Positions 9,548 through 18,932 of a stretch of DNA of 64,000 nucleotides are shown one piece after another. A program made the translations under genes and the position numbers. Source of the stretch: Stenotrophomonas sp. Lineage in GTDB: Bacteria > Pseudomonadota > Gammaproteobacteria > Xanthomonadales > Xanthomonadaceae. Location of the stretch: contig NZ_DAMBEF010000016.1 in assembly GCF_032061965.1 (NCBI RefSeq), positions 1,003-65,002 of the forward strand. The letters run 5' to 3'. Each line of letters opens with the position of its first letter. Positions within the stretch are counted from its first letter, which is position 1. A model generated the notes under the pieces. The model was not told the origin of the DNA, ran no database searches, and saw nothing but the letters and a program-made list of their open reading frames with translations.

Positions 9548-9623
9548 TGGCAATGAGCATAGCGAAAATGACGCAGTACCCGCCAGCAAGATCAGGCCTG
9601 GCGCTTGTACAGGAGGTGCGGGG

Positions 9624-10478
9624 CTAGCGGAAAAACTGGCTGGGGCTCAGGCCGAAGCGACGCTTGAACATGGTGGCGAAAGCGCTGGGGCTTTCATAAC
9701 CCAGCGCCATGGCCACATCGATCACCTTCTCGCCGACCGCCAGCCGCTCCAATGCGCGCAGCAGCCGTGCCTGCTGGCGCCACTGGCCGAAGGTCATGCC
9801 CAACTCGCGCGCACACAGGCGCTGGATGGTCTTGACGTCGACCTGCAGGCGCGTGGCCCAGTCCTGCAAGGTGGAGGCATCATCGGGATGCCGTTCCAGC
9901 TTGCGGCCGATCTGCCGCAGGCGCGGGTCAGTGGGCTCGGGCAGGTGCAGCGGCAGTACCGGCAGGGTCTGCACTTCGTCCAGGATCAGGCGCATCAAGC
10001 GTCCATCGCGGGAGTCGGGTTGATAGGACGGAGCGATCACCGCGGCGGCGCGGATCAAGGCGGCCAGCAGCGGGGTGATGGACACTGCCGACGGTGCTGC
10101 CGGTGCCTGCGGCATGTAGCGGGGCAGGATGTAGAGGCTGCGCATCTGCACCGTACCGATGCAATGCACCTGATGGCCGACACCGGCAGGCATCCAGATC
10201 GCGCGCGTGCTGGGCACCACCCAGCGGCCCATGCCGGCGCGCACTACCAGCACGCCGGTTTCGGCATAGACCAGCTGGTGACGGTCGGGGTGATGGTGCA
10301 GGGGGATCAGCGTGGTGGCGGTGTAGTCGCGCGCCTTGCAGTACACGGCGGTGTCTGGCCCGGCGGGCAAGGGCAGGCGTCGGCCCTTGCGGCTGGCAAT
10401 GTCCTTTTCGAGCAGATGCATGACCATATCGCGCAGGATGGGCGGGGTGCTTGAATCTACCATGCCTACCGTCCCCAC
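9624..10478 (-). CDS. AraC family regulator with N-terminal cupin domain
   Basis: Cupin-like HHHPDRHQLVYAETG and a C-terminal AraC HTH (ALGYESPSAFATMFKRRFGLSPSQF). Several in-frame ATGs, so the start is uncertain. Confidence 0.8.
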   Translation of the reverse strand: MGTVGMVDSSTPPILRDMVMHLLEKDIASRKGRRLPLPAGPDTAVYCKARDYTATTLIPLHHHPDRHQLVYAETGVLVVRAGMGRWVVPSTRAIWMPAGVGHQVHCIGTVQMRSLYILPRYMPQAPAAPSAVSITPLLAALIRAAAVIAPSYQPDSRDGRLMRLILDEVQTLPVLPLHLPEPTDPRLRQIGRKLERHPDDASTLQDWATRLQVDVKTIQRLCARELGMTFGQWRQQARLLRALERLAVGEKVIDVAMALGYESPSAFATMFKRRFGLSPSQFFR

Positions 10479-10496
10479 GATTCGCCGGTTCCCCCC

Positions 10497-11717
10497 ATGT
10501 CATCCACGGCTCCTGAGATCACTGCTGCACCGTCCCCACAGCGTCGCCCGGTAGCCGTTGGCGTGCTTGCTGCCATCAGCAGTTCGCATCTGGTCAACGA
10601 CATGATGCAGTCGCTGATTCTGGCGCTGTACCCGATCTTCAAAGGGCAGTTCCATCTGAGCTTTGCCCAGGTTGGCCTGATCACCTTGACCTATCAGCTG
10701 ACGGCCTCCCTGTTCCAGCCGCTGATCGGCTTGCGTACCGACAAACGTCCGGCGCCGTATTCACTGCCGATGGGTATGACATCCACCTTGTGCGGGCTGT
10801 TGTTGCTGGCATTTGCGCCCAACTTCGCCACGGTGCTGGTGGCGGCGATGCTGGTGGGTATCGGCTCGGCGGTTTTCCATCCGGAATCCTCGCGCATCGC
10901 GCGCTTGGCTTCCGGTGGTCGGCACGGGATGTCGCAGTCGGTATTCCAGCTCGGTGGCAACGCCGGTACCGCGATTGGTCCGCTGTTGGCGGCAGCGGTG
11001 ATCGTGCCGAACGGCCAGCGCAGCGTGGCCTGGTTTGCCTGCGCCGCCTTGCTGGGCATCGGCCTGCTGACCTATGTGAGCCGCTGGTATCAGCAGCATC
11101 TGCTGGCCAGCGCCGCGCAGCCCAGGGCGGCCGCCAAACCGGCAAACCTGTTGCCGCCCAAGACCGTGGCCTGGGTGATTGCGGTGCTGCTGGTGCTGAT
11201 CTTCAGCAAGTATTTTTACATCGCCGGGCTGAGCAGCTATTACACCTTCTACCTGATCCAGAAGTTCGAGTTGTCGGTGCAGAGCGCGCAGTTGCATCTG
11301 TTCGGCTTCCTGGCGGCGTCGGCGGCGGGCACCTTGATCGGCGGCCCACTGGGTGACCGCATCGGGCGCAAGCCGGTGATCTGGGCTTCAATCCTGGGCG
11401 TGGCACCGTTCGCGCTGATGTTGCCTTACGCCAACCTGCAATGGACCACGGTGCTGACCTTGATCATCGGCTTCGTATTGTCCTCTGCGTTCTCGGCGAT
11501 CCTGGTGTACGCACAGGAGCTGATGCCCAGTCGTATCGGTACGGTGTCGGGGCTGTTCTTCGGCTTCGCATTTGGCATGGGTGGGCTGGGTGCTGCGGTG
11601 CTGGGTGTGCTGGCTGACCACACCAGCATCATCTGGGTCTACAAGGTGATTTCGTTCCTGCCGCTGCTGGGCATCGTTGCTGCCTTGCTGCCCAACCCGC
11701 GCGCGACGGTACATTGA
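10497..11717 (+). CDS. MFS transporter (Fsr/fosmidomycin-resistance-like)
   Basis: 406 aa with about 12 TM segments. Divergent from the AraC gene with only ~18 bp between the longest ORFs. Confidence 0.85.
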   Translation: MSSTAPEITAAPSPQRRPVAVGVLAAISSSHLVNDMMQSLILALYPIFKGQFHLSFAQVGLITLTYQLTASLFQPLIGLRTDKRPAPYSLPMGMTSTLCGLLLLAFAPNFATVLVAAMLVGIGSAVFHPESSRIARLASGGRHGMSQSVFQLGGNAGTAIGPLLAAAVIVPNGQRSVAWFACAALLGIGLLTYVSRWYQQHLLASAAQPRAAAKPANLLPPKTVAWVIAVLLVLIFSKYFYIAGLSSYYTFYLIQKFELSVQSAQLHLFGFLAASAAGTLIGGPLGDRIGRKPVIWASILGVAPFALMLPYANLQWTTVLTLIIGFVLSSAFSAILVYAQELMPSRIGTVSGLFFGFAFGMGGLGAAVLGVLADHTSIIWVYKVISFLPLLGIVAALLPNPRATVH

Positions 11718-11801
11718 GTCGCGTATGTGCGCGTGGCGCTTGGCGTCCACGCGCCTGCCGCATAGGCTGTTGCCTCGATTGCGTTTACCTAAGCCGCACT
11801 G

Positions 11802-12941
11802 ATGCCTGATTCGACGATGTTGCAGACACGCGAGCAAATCTCCACGCGCGCGGCGTTTTTCATACCGGGCTTTGCCATCGCCTGCTGGGCACCGCTGGTG
11901 CCGTTCGCCAAGGCCAGGGCAGGGCTGGACGATGCGTTATTGGGCGTGCTGTTGCTATGCTTGGGGTTGGGGTCGCTGCTGTCGATGCCCCTGGCGGGCA
12001 TGCTGGCCGCGCGACGTGGTTGCCGGCCGGTGATGCTGCTGACCGTGGTGATGATGGTGGTCATGCTGCCGGTGCTGGCGACCGCGTCCACACCGCTGGG
12101 CATCGGTATCGCATTGCTGGTGTTCGGCGCCGGCATTGGTGCGATGGATTGCGTGATGAACATCCAGGCCGTGGTGGTGGAGAAGGAATCCGGCCGCGCG
12201 ATGATGTCCGGCTTCCACGCCTTCTACAGCATTGGCGCCCTGAGCGGCGCGGCGCTGGTCGCACTGCTGCTGTCGTCAGGGGCCAGTGCATTGCTGGCGT
12301 CCTTGGTGGTCGCGACCGGCGTGATTGTGATCACGGCAGGATCGGCCCGCTGGTGGCGCAGTGAGCGTGCCCCGCATGAAGAATCCAGTTTCGCCTTGCC
12401 ACGTGGCGTGGTAGTGGTGATTGGCGCGGTGTGCTTCATCAGTTTTCTGGCCGAAGGCTCGATGCTGGATTGGAGTGCGGTGTTCCTGCATGAGGTGCGC
12501 GGCGTTGCGCTCGCGCATGCGGGGTGGGGATTTGTGGCGTTCAATATCGCCATGACCTGCGCCCGGCTGTTCGGTGACAGCGTGGTCAATCGGTTGGGTT
12601 CGAGCAAGGCGGTGTTGGCCGGCGGGCTGTTGGCCTGCGGCGGCTTTGTTCTGGCCACCCTGGTGCCCAGTTTTGCCGTGGCGATGATGGGTTATGCATT
12701 GGTCGGCATCGGCTGCGCCAATATCGTGCCGGTGATGTTCAGCCTGGCCGGCCGACAGACGCGCATGCCGGCCAGTGCCGCCATTCCCGCCGTCACCACG
12801 TTGGGCTATGCGGGGGTGTTGCTGGGCCCGGCCGCCATCGGCTTCATCGCCCAGCACTGGTCGCTCTCGGTTGCCTTCCTGATCGCTGCGGCATTGTTGG
12901 CCTGCGTAGCGGTGATTGGTTCGCGGTTGCGGGTGGATTGA
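11802..12941 (+). CDS. MFS transporter
   Basis: 379 aa with about 12 hydrophobic segments and an MFS loop motif GMLAARRGCRP. Confidence 0.8.
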   Translation: MPDSTMLQTREQISTRAAFFIPGFAIACWAPLVPFAKARAGLDDALLGVLLLCLGLGSLLSMPLAGMLAARRGCRPVMLLTVVMMVVMLPVLATASTPLGIGIALLVFGAGIGAMDCVMNIQAVVVEKESGRAMMSGFHAFYSIGALSGAALVALLLSSGASALLASLVVATGVIVITAGSARWWRSERAPHEESSFALPRGVVVVIGAVCFISFLAEGSMLDWSAVFLHEVRGVALAHAGWGFVAFNIAMTCARLFGDSVVNRLGSSKAVLAGGLLACGGFVLATLVPSFAVAMMGYALVGIGCANIVPVMFSLAGRQTRMPASAAIPAVTTLGYAGVLLGPAAIGFIAQHWSLSVAFLIAAALLACVAVIGSRLRVD

Positions 12942-12964
12942 GCGGCGCCGCTGTGAGTTTCCGC

Positions 12965-14119
12965 TCAGGCTGCCAGTCGTGCCTGGTCGCGGCCGGCGGC
13001 CTTGGCCTGATAGAGGGCGCTATCGGCTTGCAGCAGTAATTGTTCCAGCGTGGCGCCACCTGCGGTACCGCTGATACCGATGCTGATCGTATAGCCCAGT
13101 TCACCGGTGGTCGCGCACACGCGTGCCGTGCGCGCAGCGGTCAGTAGTTGTTCGGCGATTGCCTGTGCTTCGGCGGTATCGGCGGCAGGCAGCATCAGCA
13201 CGAACTCTTCGCCGCCATAGCGTCCGATCAGATTGTTGGCGGCAGGAGCAACGTGCTGCGCGGCGGCCGCAAAGTGCCTGAGTACGGCATCACCGGACAG
13301 ATGTCCCCAGCCGTCATTGATCTTCTTGAAATGATCCAGGTCGATGATGAGTACGCTGAAGGCATTGCCTTCGCGCGTGCAGTTGGTCAATGCACGTAAA
13401 CCGCGATCAATCAGCGTTGCCCGGTTGAGCAGCCCGGTCAGTCCATCGCGGGTGGCCTTGTGATGCAACTCCACAAGCATCTTTTCGACGACAAGCAGCA
13501 TCAGGGCAAAGCACTGTGCCAACGCGAGGATCAGGCCGAGGCAGATGATCACCAGTTGCGCGATATTGCCCTGCCCATCGACAGGGGCATCTGCGTCGCC
13601 GCCAAGCATGCCCGGCAGGGCCAACAGCAGATTGACCAGGAATACGGCGGCCGCCAGGCGATAGCTGAGCTTCAACTCCGGTGGGGTACGCCGCAACAGC
13701 ATCAGCACGATCCATCCGTTGAGGACCATGGTTGCCCAGCTGAACAACATGATGCGCAGTGTGCTGGTATGCCATAGCAATACGTCGGCGGTGATCAGGG
13801 ACATGAACGTGCCCATCACCAGCAGCGGTTGCCATACCGGGAGCGGGCGTTCGATGTGCAGGGCGGTGCCTTTGAGCAGCAGCACCGATCCCAAGAGCGC
13901 CAGCAGGCTGAGGGCGGCGAACACCACGCCGTCCGAGGCATCCTGGAAAAAGCACAACAACACCATGGCCGCTGCGGTGAGCCACAGGCTGGTAGACCAC
14001 GCCCACAGGGCCGGTCGGCGTGGAAGCACCAGCAGAAGCAGTGAAAACCCAACGGAAATGCCGATGCAGACGACGGCGCTGACGATGGACAGCAACTGGA
14101 TATCGGCAAGTGACTTCAT
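12965..14119 (-). CDS. membrane-anchored diguanylate cyclase (GGDEF)
   Basis: N-terminal multi-TM domain and a C-terminal GGDEF domain with RYGGEEFVLMLP and DHFKKINDGWGHLSGD. Confidence 0.85.
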   Translation of the reverse strand: MKSLADIQLLSIVSAVVCIGISVGFSLLLLVLPRRPALWAWSTSLWLTAAAMVLLCFFQDASDGVVFAALSLLALLGSVLLLKGTALHIERPLPVWQPLLVMGTFMSLITADVLLWHTSTLRIMLFSWATMVLNGWIVLMLLRRTPPELKLSYRLAAAVFLVNLLLALPGMLGGDADAPVDGQGNIAQLVIICLGLILALAQCFALMLLVVEKMLVELHHKATRDGLTGLLNRATLIDRGLRALTNCTREGNAFSVLIIDLDHFKKINDGWGHLSGDAVLRHFAAAAQHVAPAANNLIGRYGGEEFVLMLPAADTAEAQAIAEQLLTAARTARVCATTGELGYTISIGISGTAGGATLEQLLLQADSALYQAKAAGRDQARLAA

Positions 14120-14354
14120 CTACGGCCCCCCCGGCCGTTGCACATGCTTCACCTTAGCGGTTGTCGTTGCCATGGCTGCGGCAGGATGTGCGCGCAGCAT
14201 CACATATTCGAGGATGCCTCGTTCGGCAGCGGGGTGGCGAGTGCGCCGTGGCAACGTGACCTTCGGCGGGTCCGCCGGTATCCATTGATGTATTAGTCTC
14301 CAGGGTTGGGTCGCCAATTGCGTGCGCCCTTTTCCTGTTTGGTCGGAGATATCC

Positions 14355-16448
14355 ATGTCGTTCAACAAGCTTGTCCCCTTGTCCCTGACGGTTGCCATCG
14401 CTGCGTCGTTGGCCGCCTGCGGCAAGACCGATGCCCCTGCGGCACCTGCTGCCGAAGCCAAGGTCGCCTTCGACCAGTCGCAGCTGAAGACCCAGCTGAT
14501 TTCGCTCAACGCGGCGGATGTGGACCCGTCGGTGCAGGCCTGTGCCGACCTGAACGGCTTCGTCAACAGCAAGTGGCTCAAGGCCAACCCGGTGCCGGGC
14601 GATCAGACCACCTGGGGCAGCTTCGAGATACTGCGCGAGCGCTCGCTGGAAGTGCAGCATGCGCTGGTCGAACAGGCTGCCGCCGGCAAGGCTGCGGCCG
14701 GTTCCAACGAAGCCAAGATCGGCGACATCTGGAAGACCGGCTCGGACGAGGCTGCCATCGAGGCCGCCGGCATCAAGCCGCTGCAGCCGGAGCTGGACAA
14801 GATTGCCGCACTGAACGACACCGCCGCCATCTCTGGCTATCTGCGTGATGCCTATGCGCAGGGCAATGGTTTCCTGTTCTCGCTGAACGCCAGCCCGGAC
14901 TTCAAGGACTCGGGCAATGTCATTGCCTATGTTGGCCAGGGTGGCCTGGGCCTGCCGGAGAAGGGCTATTACTTCGATGCATCACAGGCCAAGATCCGCG
15001 ACGCCTACGTTGCCTATATCGAGCAGCTGCTGACCCTGTCCGGCGTCGATGCCGCGCAGGCCAAGGACCAGGCCAAGGCGGTGATGGAGTTTGAAACCCG
15101 TCTGGCCAAGGCCTCGCTGTCGCGCATCGAACTGCGTGACCCGGCTAAGCGCTACAACCCGGTCAGCGCCGCCGATGCCGACAAGCAGACCCCGAATTTC
15201 AGCTGGACCGCGCTGTTCGATACCTTGCAGGTGCCGGCCAAGGACAAGTTCTCGCTGGCGCAGCCGGGCTTCTTCAACGAGCTGAACACCATGTTGGCCG
15301 ACGTGCCGGCCTCCACCTGGCAGGCCTACCTGCGTTTCCACACCGTGGACAACGCCGCACCGTACCTGAGCAAGAACTTCGAACAGGCCAACTTCGACTT
15401 CTTCAGCAAGACCCTGCGTGGTCAGCAGGAAATGCAGCCGCGCTGGAAGCGCGTGCTGGAGACGGTCAACGGTTCGATGGGTGAAGCACTGGGCCAGCTG
15501 TACGTGGACGCGGTGTTCCCGGCCGAATCCAAGGTGGCCATGCAGCACCTGGTGGAAAACCTGTCGGTGGCGCTGAAGGCCCGCCTGGAAACCCTGCCGT
15601 GGATGGGTGAGGACACCAAGAAGAAGGCGCTGGAGAAGTGGGCCAGCTTCACTCCCAAGATTGGTTACCCGGACAAGTGGCGTGACTTCTCGGGCCTGAC
15701 CACGAGCAGCGACAGCTACCTGGGCAACGTGAAGGCCGCGCAGGCGTTCAACTACCGCTACGTGCTGGGCAAGATCGGCAAGCCGGTGGACAAGACCGAG
15801 TGGGGCATGACCCCGCAGACGGTGAATGCCTATTACAACGCGACCAAGAACGAAATCGTATTCCCGGCCGCCATCCTGCAGCCGCCGTTCTTCGACGCCA
15901 AGGCCGATCCGGCCCTGAACTATGGCGGCATCGGTGCGGTCATCGGCCACGAGATGATGCACGGCTACGATGACTCCGGCAGCCAGTTCGCTGCCAATGG
16001 CAACTTCGACAACTGGTGGACCGATGCCGACCGCAGCGCGTTCAACAGCCGTACCGACAAGCTGGTCGCGCAGTTTGATGGCTACGAGTCGCTGCCGGGC
16101 GTCAACGTCAAGGGCAAGCTGACCCTGGGCGAGAACATCGGCGACCTTGGTGGTTTGACCGTTGCCTATGACGCGCTGCAGATGGCATTGAAGGAAGACC
16201 CGAAGGCCAACGTGTCGGTGGATGGCTACACCCAGGACCAGCGCTTCTTCATGAACTGGGCCACGGTATGGCGCCGCAATTTCACTGACGGCGAGCTGCG
16301 CGTGCGTCTGAACACCGATCCGCATGCGCCGGCCAACTTCCGTGCCAACGGCACGCCGTCGAACATGCCGGCCTATGCCGCCGCGTTCCAGTGCAAGGCC
16401 GGTGATGCGATGGTGCGCGCCGATGACAAGCGGGTTGTTATCTGGTGA
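14355..16448 (+). CDS. pepO: M13 family zinc metallopeptidase (PepO/endothelin-converting-enzyme-like), lipoprotein
   Basis: ATG 14355 follows GGAGAT. Lipobox LAAC, HEMMH zinc motif, GENIGDLGG, C-terminal W. Confidence 0.9.
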   Translation: MSFNKLVPLSLTVAIAASLAACGKTDAPAAPAAEAKVAFDQSQLKTQLISLNAADVDPSVQACADLNGFVNSKWLKANPVPGDQTTWGSFEILRERSLEVQHALVEQAAAGKAAAGSNEAKIGDIWKTGSDEAAIEAAGIKPLQPELDKIAALNDTAAISGYLRDAYAQGNGFLFSLNASPDFKDSGNVIAYVGQGGLGLPEKGYYFDASQAKIRDAYVAYIEQLLTLSGVDAAQAKDQAKAVMEFETRLAKASLSRIELRDPAKRYNPVSAADADKQTPNFSWTALFDTLQVPAKDKFSLAQPGFFNELNTMLADVPASTWQAYLRFHTVDNAAPYLSKNFEQANFDFFSKTLRGQQEMQPRWKRVLETVNGSMGEALGQLYVDAVFPAESKVAMQHLVENLSVALKARLETLPWMGEDTKKKALEKWASFTPKIGYPDKWRDFSGLTTSSDSYLGNVKAAQAFNYRYVLGKIGKPVDKTEWGMTPQTVNAYYNATKNEIVFPAAILQPPFFDAKADPALNYGGIGAVIGHEMMHGYDDSGSQFAANGNFDNWWTDADRSAFNSRTDKLVAQFDGYESLPGVNVKGKLTLGENIGDLGGLTVAYDALQMALKEDPKANVSVDGYTQDQRFFMNWATVWRRNFTDGELRVRLNTDPHAPANFRANGTPSNMPAYAAAFQCKAGDAMVRADDKRVVIW

Positions 16449-16485
16449 TTGTGCTTGTGTGATTGCTGTTTGATTGGTTGTGAAG

Positions 16486-16515
16486 AAAAGCCCGGCATCG
16501 CCGGGCTTTTCTTTT
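16486..16515 (+). terminator. rho-independent terminator after pepO
   Basis: GCCCGGC-ATC-GCCGGGC followed by TTTTCTTTT. Confidence 0.8.
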
Positions 16516-16700
16516 GGTTTTTGTTTGGTTGTGGTTTTTGGTTTTTGCTTGTTTTAGTTTGAGTTTTGGAGGCTGTTACTCTTACTTTGCTTTTGCTTTT
16601 GCTTTTGCTTTGGCTTTGGCTTTGGCTTTTGCTCTTGTTTTGGCTTTTGCTTTTGCTTTGGCTTGTGTTCCTGCGTTGGCTTTTGCCCTGAGTCTTTGCG
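16511..16700 (+). repeat. T/G-rich, A-poor tract containing a (GCTTTT/GCTTTG/GCTCTT)n hexanucleotide microsatellite
   Basis: The cleanest hexamer run is at about 16586-16665. It gives low-complexity pseudo-ORFs on both strands (AFAFAL / KSKSQS). Confidence 0.9.
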
Positions 16701-16711
16701 GCTTGCTTCAT

Positions 16712-16839
16712 GCCGTCATTCCCGCGAAGGCGGAAATCGCTCTGGCATTGGCTCTGGCTTCGGCTTTGGCTCTAGCTCTAGTTTTGGCCCTGGCTCCGCC
16801 TTTCTGCCGTCATTCCCGCGAAGGCGGGAATCGCTCTGG
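16712..16839 (+). repeat. two forward copies of the ATTCCCGC-GAAG-GCGGGAAT palindromic unit, separated by hexamer repeats
   Basis: GCCGTCATTCCCGCGAAGGCGGAAATCGCTCTGG at 16712-16745 and GCCGTCATTCCCGCGAAGGCGGGAATCGCTCTGG at 16806-16839. Confidence 0.9.
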
Positions 16840-17031
16840 TTGTTGTTCTTGATCTTGCTGCCCGGTTCGATGTCGGATCCAACCGTCGTAAACACCTGCG
16901 ATAGATCAAAAAATTGAAGCGATATCGCGGTATGCATCGTTTGAATGCCCCAGCTCAGCGGAAGCAACGGCGGAGGCGTGGAAGCTGTGAAGTCAGGGCA
17001 TAGCCCGGAGTCAGAGCCAAAGCCAGAGCCG

Positions 17032-17331
17032 GAGCGATTCCCGCCTTCGCGGGAATGACGGCAAAGGGGGGAGCCAGAGCCAGAGCCGGAGCGATTCCCG
17101 CCTTCGCGGGAATGACGGCAAAGAGGCGGAGCCAGACCCGGAGCGATTCCCGCCTTCGCGGGAATGACGGCAAAGAGGTGGGGCCAGAGCCGGAGCGATT
17201 CCCGCCTTCGCGGGAATGACGGCAAAGAGGTGGGGCCAGAGCCAGAGCGATTCCCGCCTTCGCGGGAATGACGGCAAAGAGATGGAGCCAAAGCCAGAGC
17301 GATTCCCGCCTTCGCGGGAATGACGGCAAAG
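17032..17331 (-). repeat. tandem array of six identical 35-bp palindromic units at 52-bp phase (57 bp for the first interval)
   Basis: GAGCGATTCCCGCCTTCGCGGGAATGACGGCAAAG starts at 17032, 17089, 17141, 17193, 17245 and 17297. The 17-22 bp linkers are near-identical (AGGTGGGGCCAGAGCCG variants). Confidence 0.95.
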
Positions 17332-17426
17332 AGGTGGGGCCAGCCGAACGCGAAGGCATCGCCACTCCCACGCCCAGTGAACGATCACCGTGCTATGGAT
17401 GGGGTGTTCCCGGCAGAGTGGAAAAC

Positions 17427-18932
17427 ATGGGCATGTCATTTGATGTGGCGTGGGTACACGCTCCCTTGCAGGCAGGTACCGCAGTCGTGATATTCGTGGC
17501 GCACCTGTTGACCGCAGCGCGTGCCCTGACCCGGCCCAACCGGGCGCCGGCATCACGCGCGGCGTGGGTGGCGGTGATCATGCTTGCGCCCGTTGTCGGC
17601 GTGATCGCCTATCTGCTGCTGGGCGAAACCAGCATCGGTCGCTCGCGTCTACGGCGCCTGCAGCGTGTGCGGCAGAACATGACGCTGATCGAACAGGCCA
17701 GCTCGTCGGACCCTTCTGCGGCGGTGCTGGAAGACAATGTCGCATCCTTGTTCGCACTGGCGCAGTCGATCAATGGCTTCCATCCGACGTCGGGCAACCG
17801 CATCGCGCTGTTGGGTGTGATGGGTGAGAGCGACAATCCTGCGGATGATTGCCGCGCGTCGATGGCGGCATTGGTCGCGGATATCGAGCGGGCATCGGAA
17901 AGTGTGCATATTGCCTTCTACATCTGGCTCGATGACGGCGCAGGCGGGCAGGTCGCCGATGCGGTGGCTGCGGCAGCGCGACGCGGCGTGGACTGTCGGG
18001 TGATGGTGGATGCGCTGGGTTCGCGTGCCTTCATCAAGGGGCGTCGCTGGCAGCAGTTGCAGCAGGCCGGCGTCCGCCAACTCAAGACCTTGGACGATAT
18101 CAATCGATTGCAGCACATGGCGTTCAGCCGCATGGACCTGCGTGACCACCGCAAGATCGTGGTGATCGACAATCGCATCGCCTTTTGCGGCAGCCAGAAC
18201 TGTGCCGATCCCGAGTTCCAACCAAAACCGGCTTATGCGCCCTGGATCGACCTGCTGCTGCGCTGCGAAGGCCCACTGGTGCGACAGGTGCAGTACCTGT
18301 TCCTTAGTGGTTGGATACCCGAGTCGGGCGAGGCAGGATTGGATGGCTATGCCGCAGCGGGTGGTGCATTGCAAGGCGAGGGCACTACCACCGCCATGGC
18401 ATTCGAGACCGGCCCAATCACCCGTCACAATGCGATGGCCGATATGTTTGTGGCCTGCATCTATGCCGCGCGGCGCGAGCTGGTGATTACCACGCCGTAC
18501 TTCGTACCCGACGAGTCGATCCTGCGTGCACTGTGCGCGGCACCGCGGCGGGGCGTGCTGACGCGGATCATTTTCCCGGCGCGCAATGATTCCTGGCTGG
18601 TCGGCCAGAGCAGTCGCAGTACCTACGCTGACCTGCTGCAGTGTGGCGTGCAGGTATACGAGTATCCGCTGGGATTGCTGCATGCCAAGTCGCTGACCGT
18701 GGATGGCGAGGTAGCGCTGGTGGGCTCGGCCAACATGGACCGACGCAGCTTGGAGCTGAACTTCGAGAACAACCTGCTGATCGCTGATCCGCAGGTTGTG
18801 GGCGACGTGCGGCACCGCCAGCAACGCTACCTCGATGCATCGCGCTTGCTGGAACTGCAGCAGGTGCAGGCGTGGCCGTTCTACAGCCGCTTGACCCAGA
18901 ACGCGGTGGCGATGATGTCGCCGGTGCTTTAA
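17427..18932 (+). CDS. cls: cardiolipin synthase
   Basis: ORF 17268..18932 trimmed to ATG 17427 (MGMSFDVAW..; the upstream part is repeat-derived). Two HKD motifs: HRKIVVIDNRIAFCGSQN and LHAKSLTVDGEVALVGSANMD. Confidence 0.9.
   Translation: MGMSFDVAWVHAPLQAGTAVVIFVAHLLTAARALTRPNRAPASRAAWVAVIMLAPVVGVIAYLLLGETSIGRSRLRRLQRVRQNMTLIEQASSSDPSAAVLEDNVASLFALAQSINGFHPTSGNRIALLGVMGESDNPADDCRASMAALVADIERASESVHIAFYIWLDDGAGGQVADAVAAAARRGVDCRVMVDALGSRAFIKGRRWQQLQQAGVRQLKTLDDINRLQHMAFSRMDLRDHRKIVVIDNRIAFCGSQNCADPEFQPKPAYAPWIDLLLRCEGPLVRQVQYLFLSGWIPESGEAGLDGYAAAGGALQGEGTTTAMAFETGPITRHNAMADMFVACIYAARRELVITTPYFVPDESILRALCAAPRRGVLTRIIFPARNDSWLVGQSSRSTYADLLQCGVQVYEYPLGLLHAKSLTVDGEVALVGSANMDRRSLELNFENNLLIADPQVVGDVRHRQQRYLDASRLLELQQVQAWPFYSRLTQNAVAMMSPVL

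Noticed and set aside
16932-17003. 23-codon Arg-rich ORF (MHRLNAPAQRKQRRRRGSCEVRA) in the unique core between the opposed REP arrays.
   Set aside because: It has no RBS and is very short. Its composition is explained by the local sequence, and nothing indicates translation.
17032-17331. CRISPR-like array: six identical 35-bp repeats with regular spacing.
   Set aside because: The would-be spacers are only 17-22 bp and nearly identical to each other. The repeat is a perfect palindromic REP that also occurs in inverted orientation nearby. There are no cas genes or leader. This is a tandem REP array, not a CRISPR.
16373-17556. ORFs 16373..16711, 16514..16852, 16663..16917, 16716..17291, 16955..17371 and 17011..17556 (KSKSQS, AFAFAL and SFPRRRESL/VIPAKAGI-type translations).
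   Set aside because: These are translations of hexamer microsatellites and palindromic repeats on both strands. They are low-complexity, overlap one another and lack an RBS. The N-terminal 53 codons of ORF 17268..18932 have the same origin.
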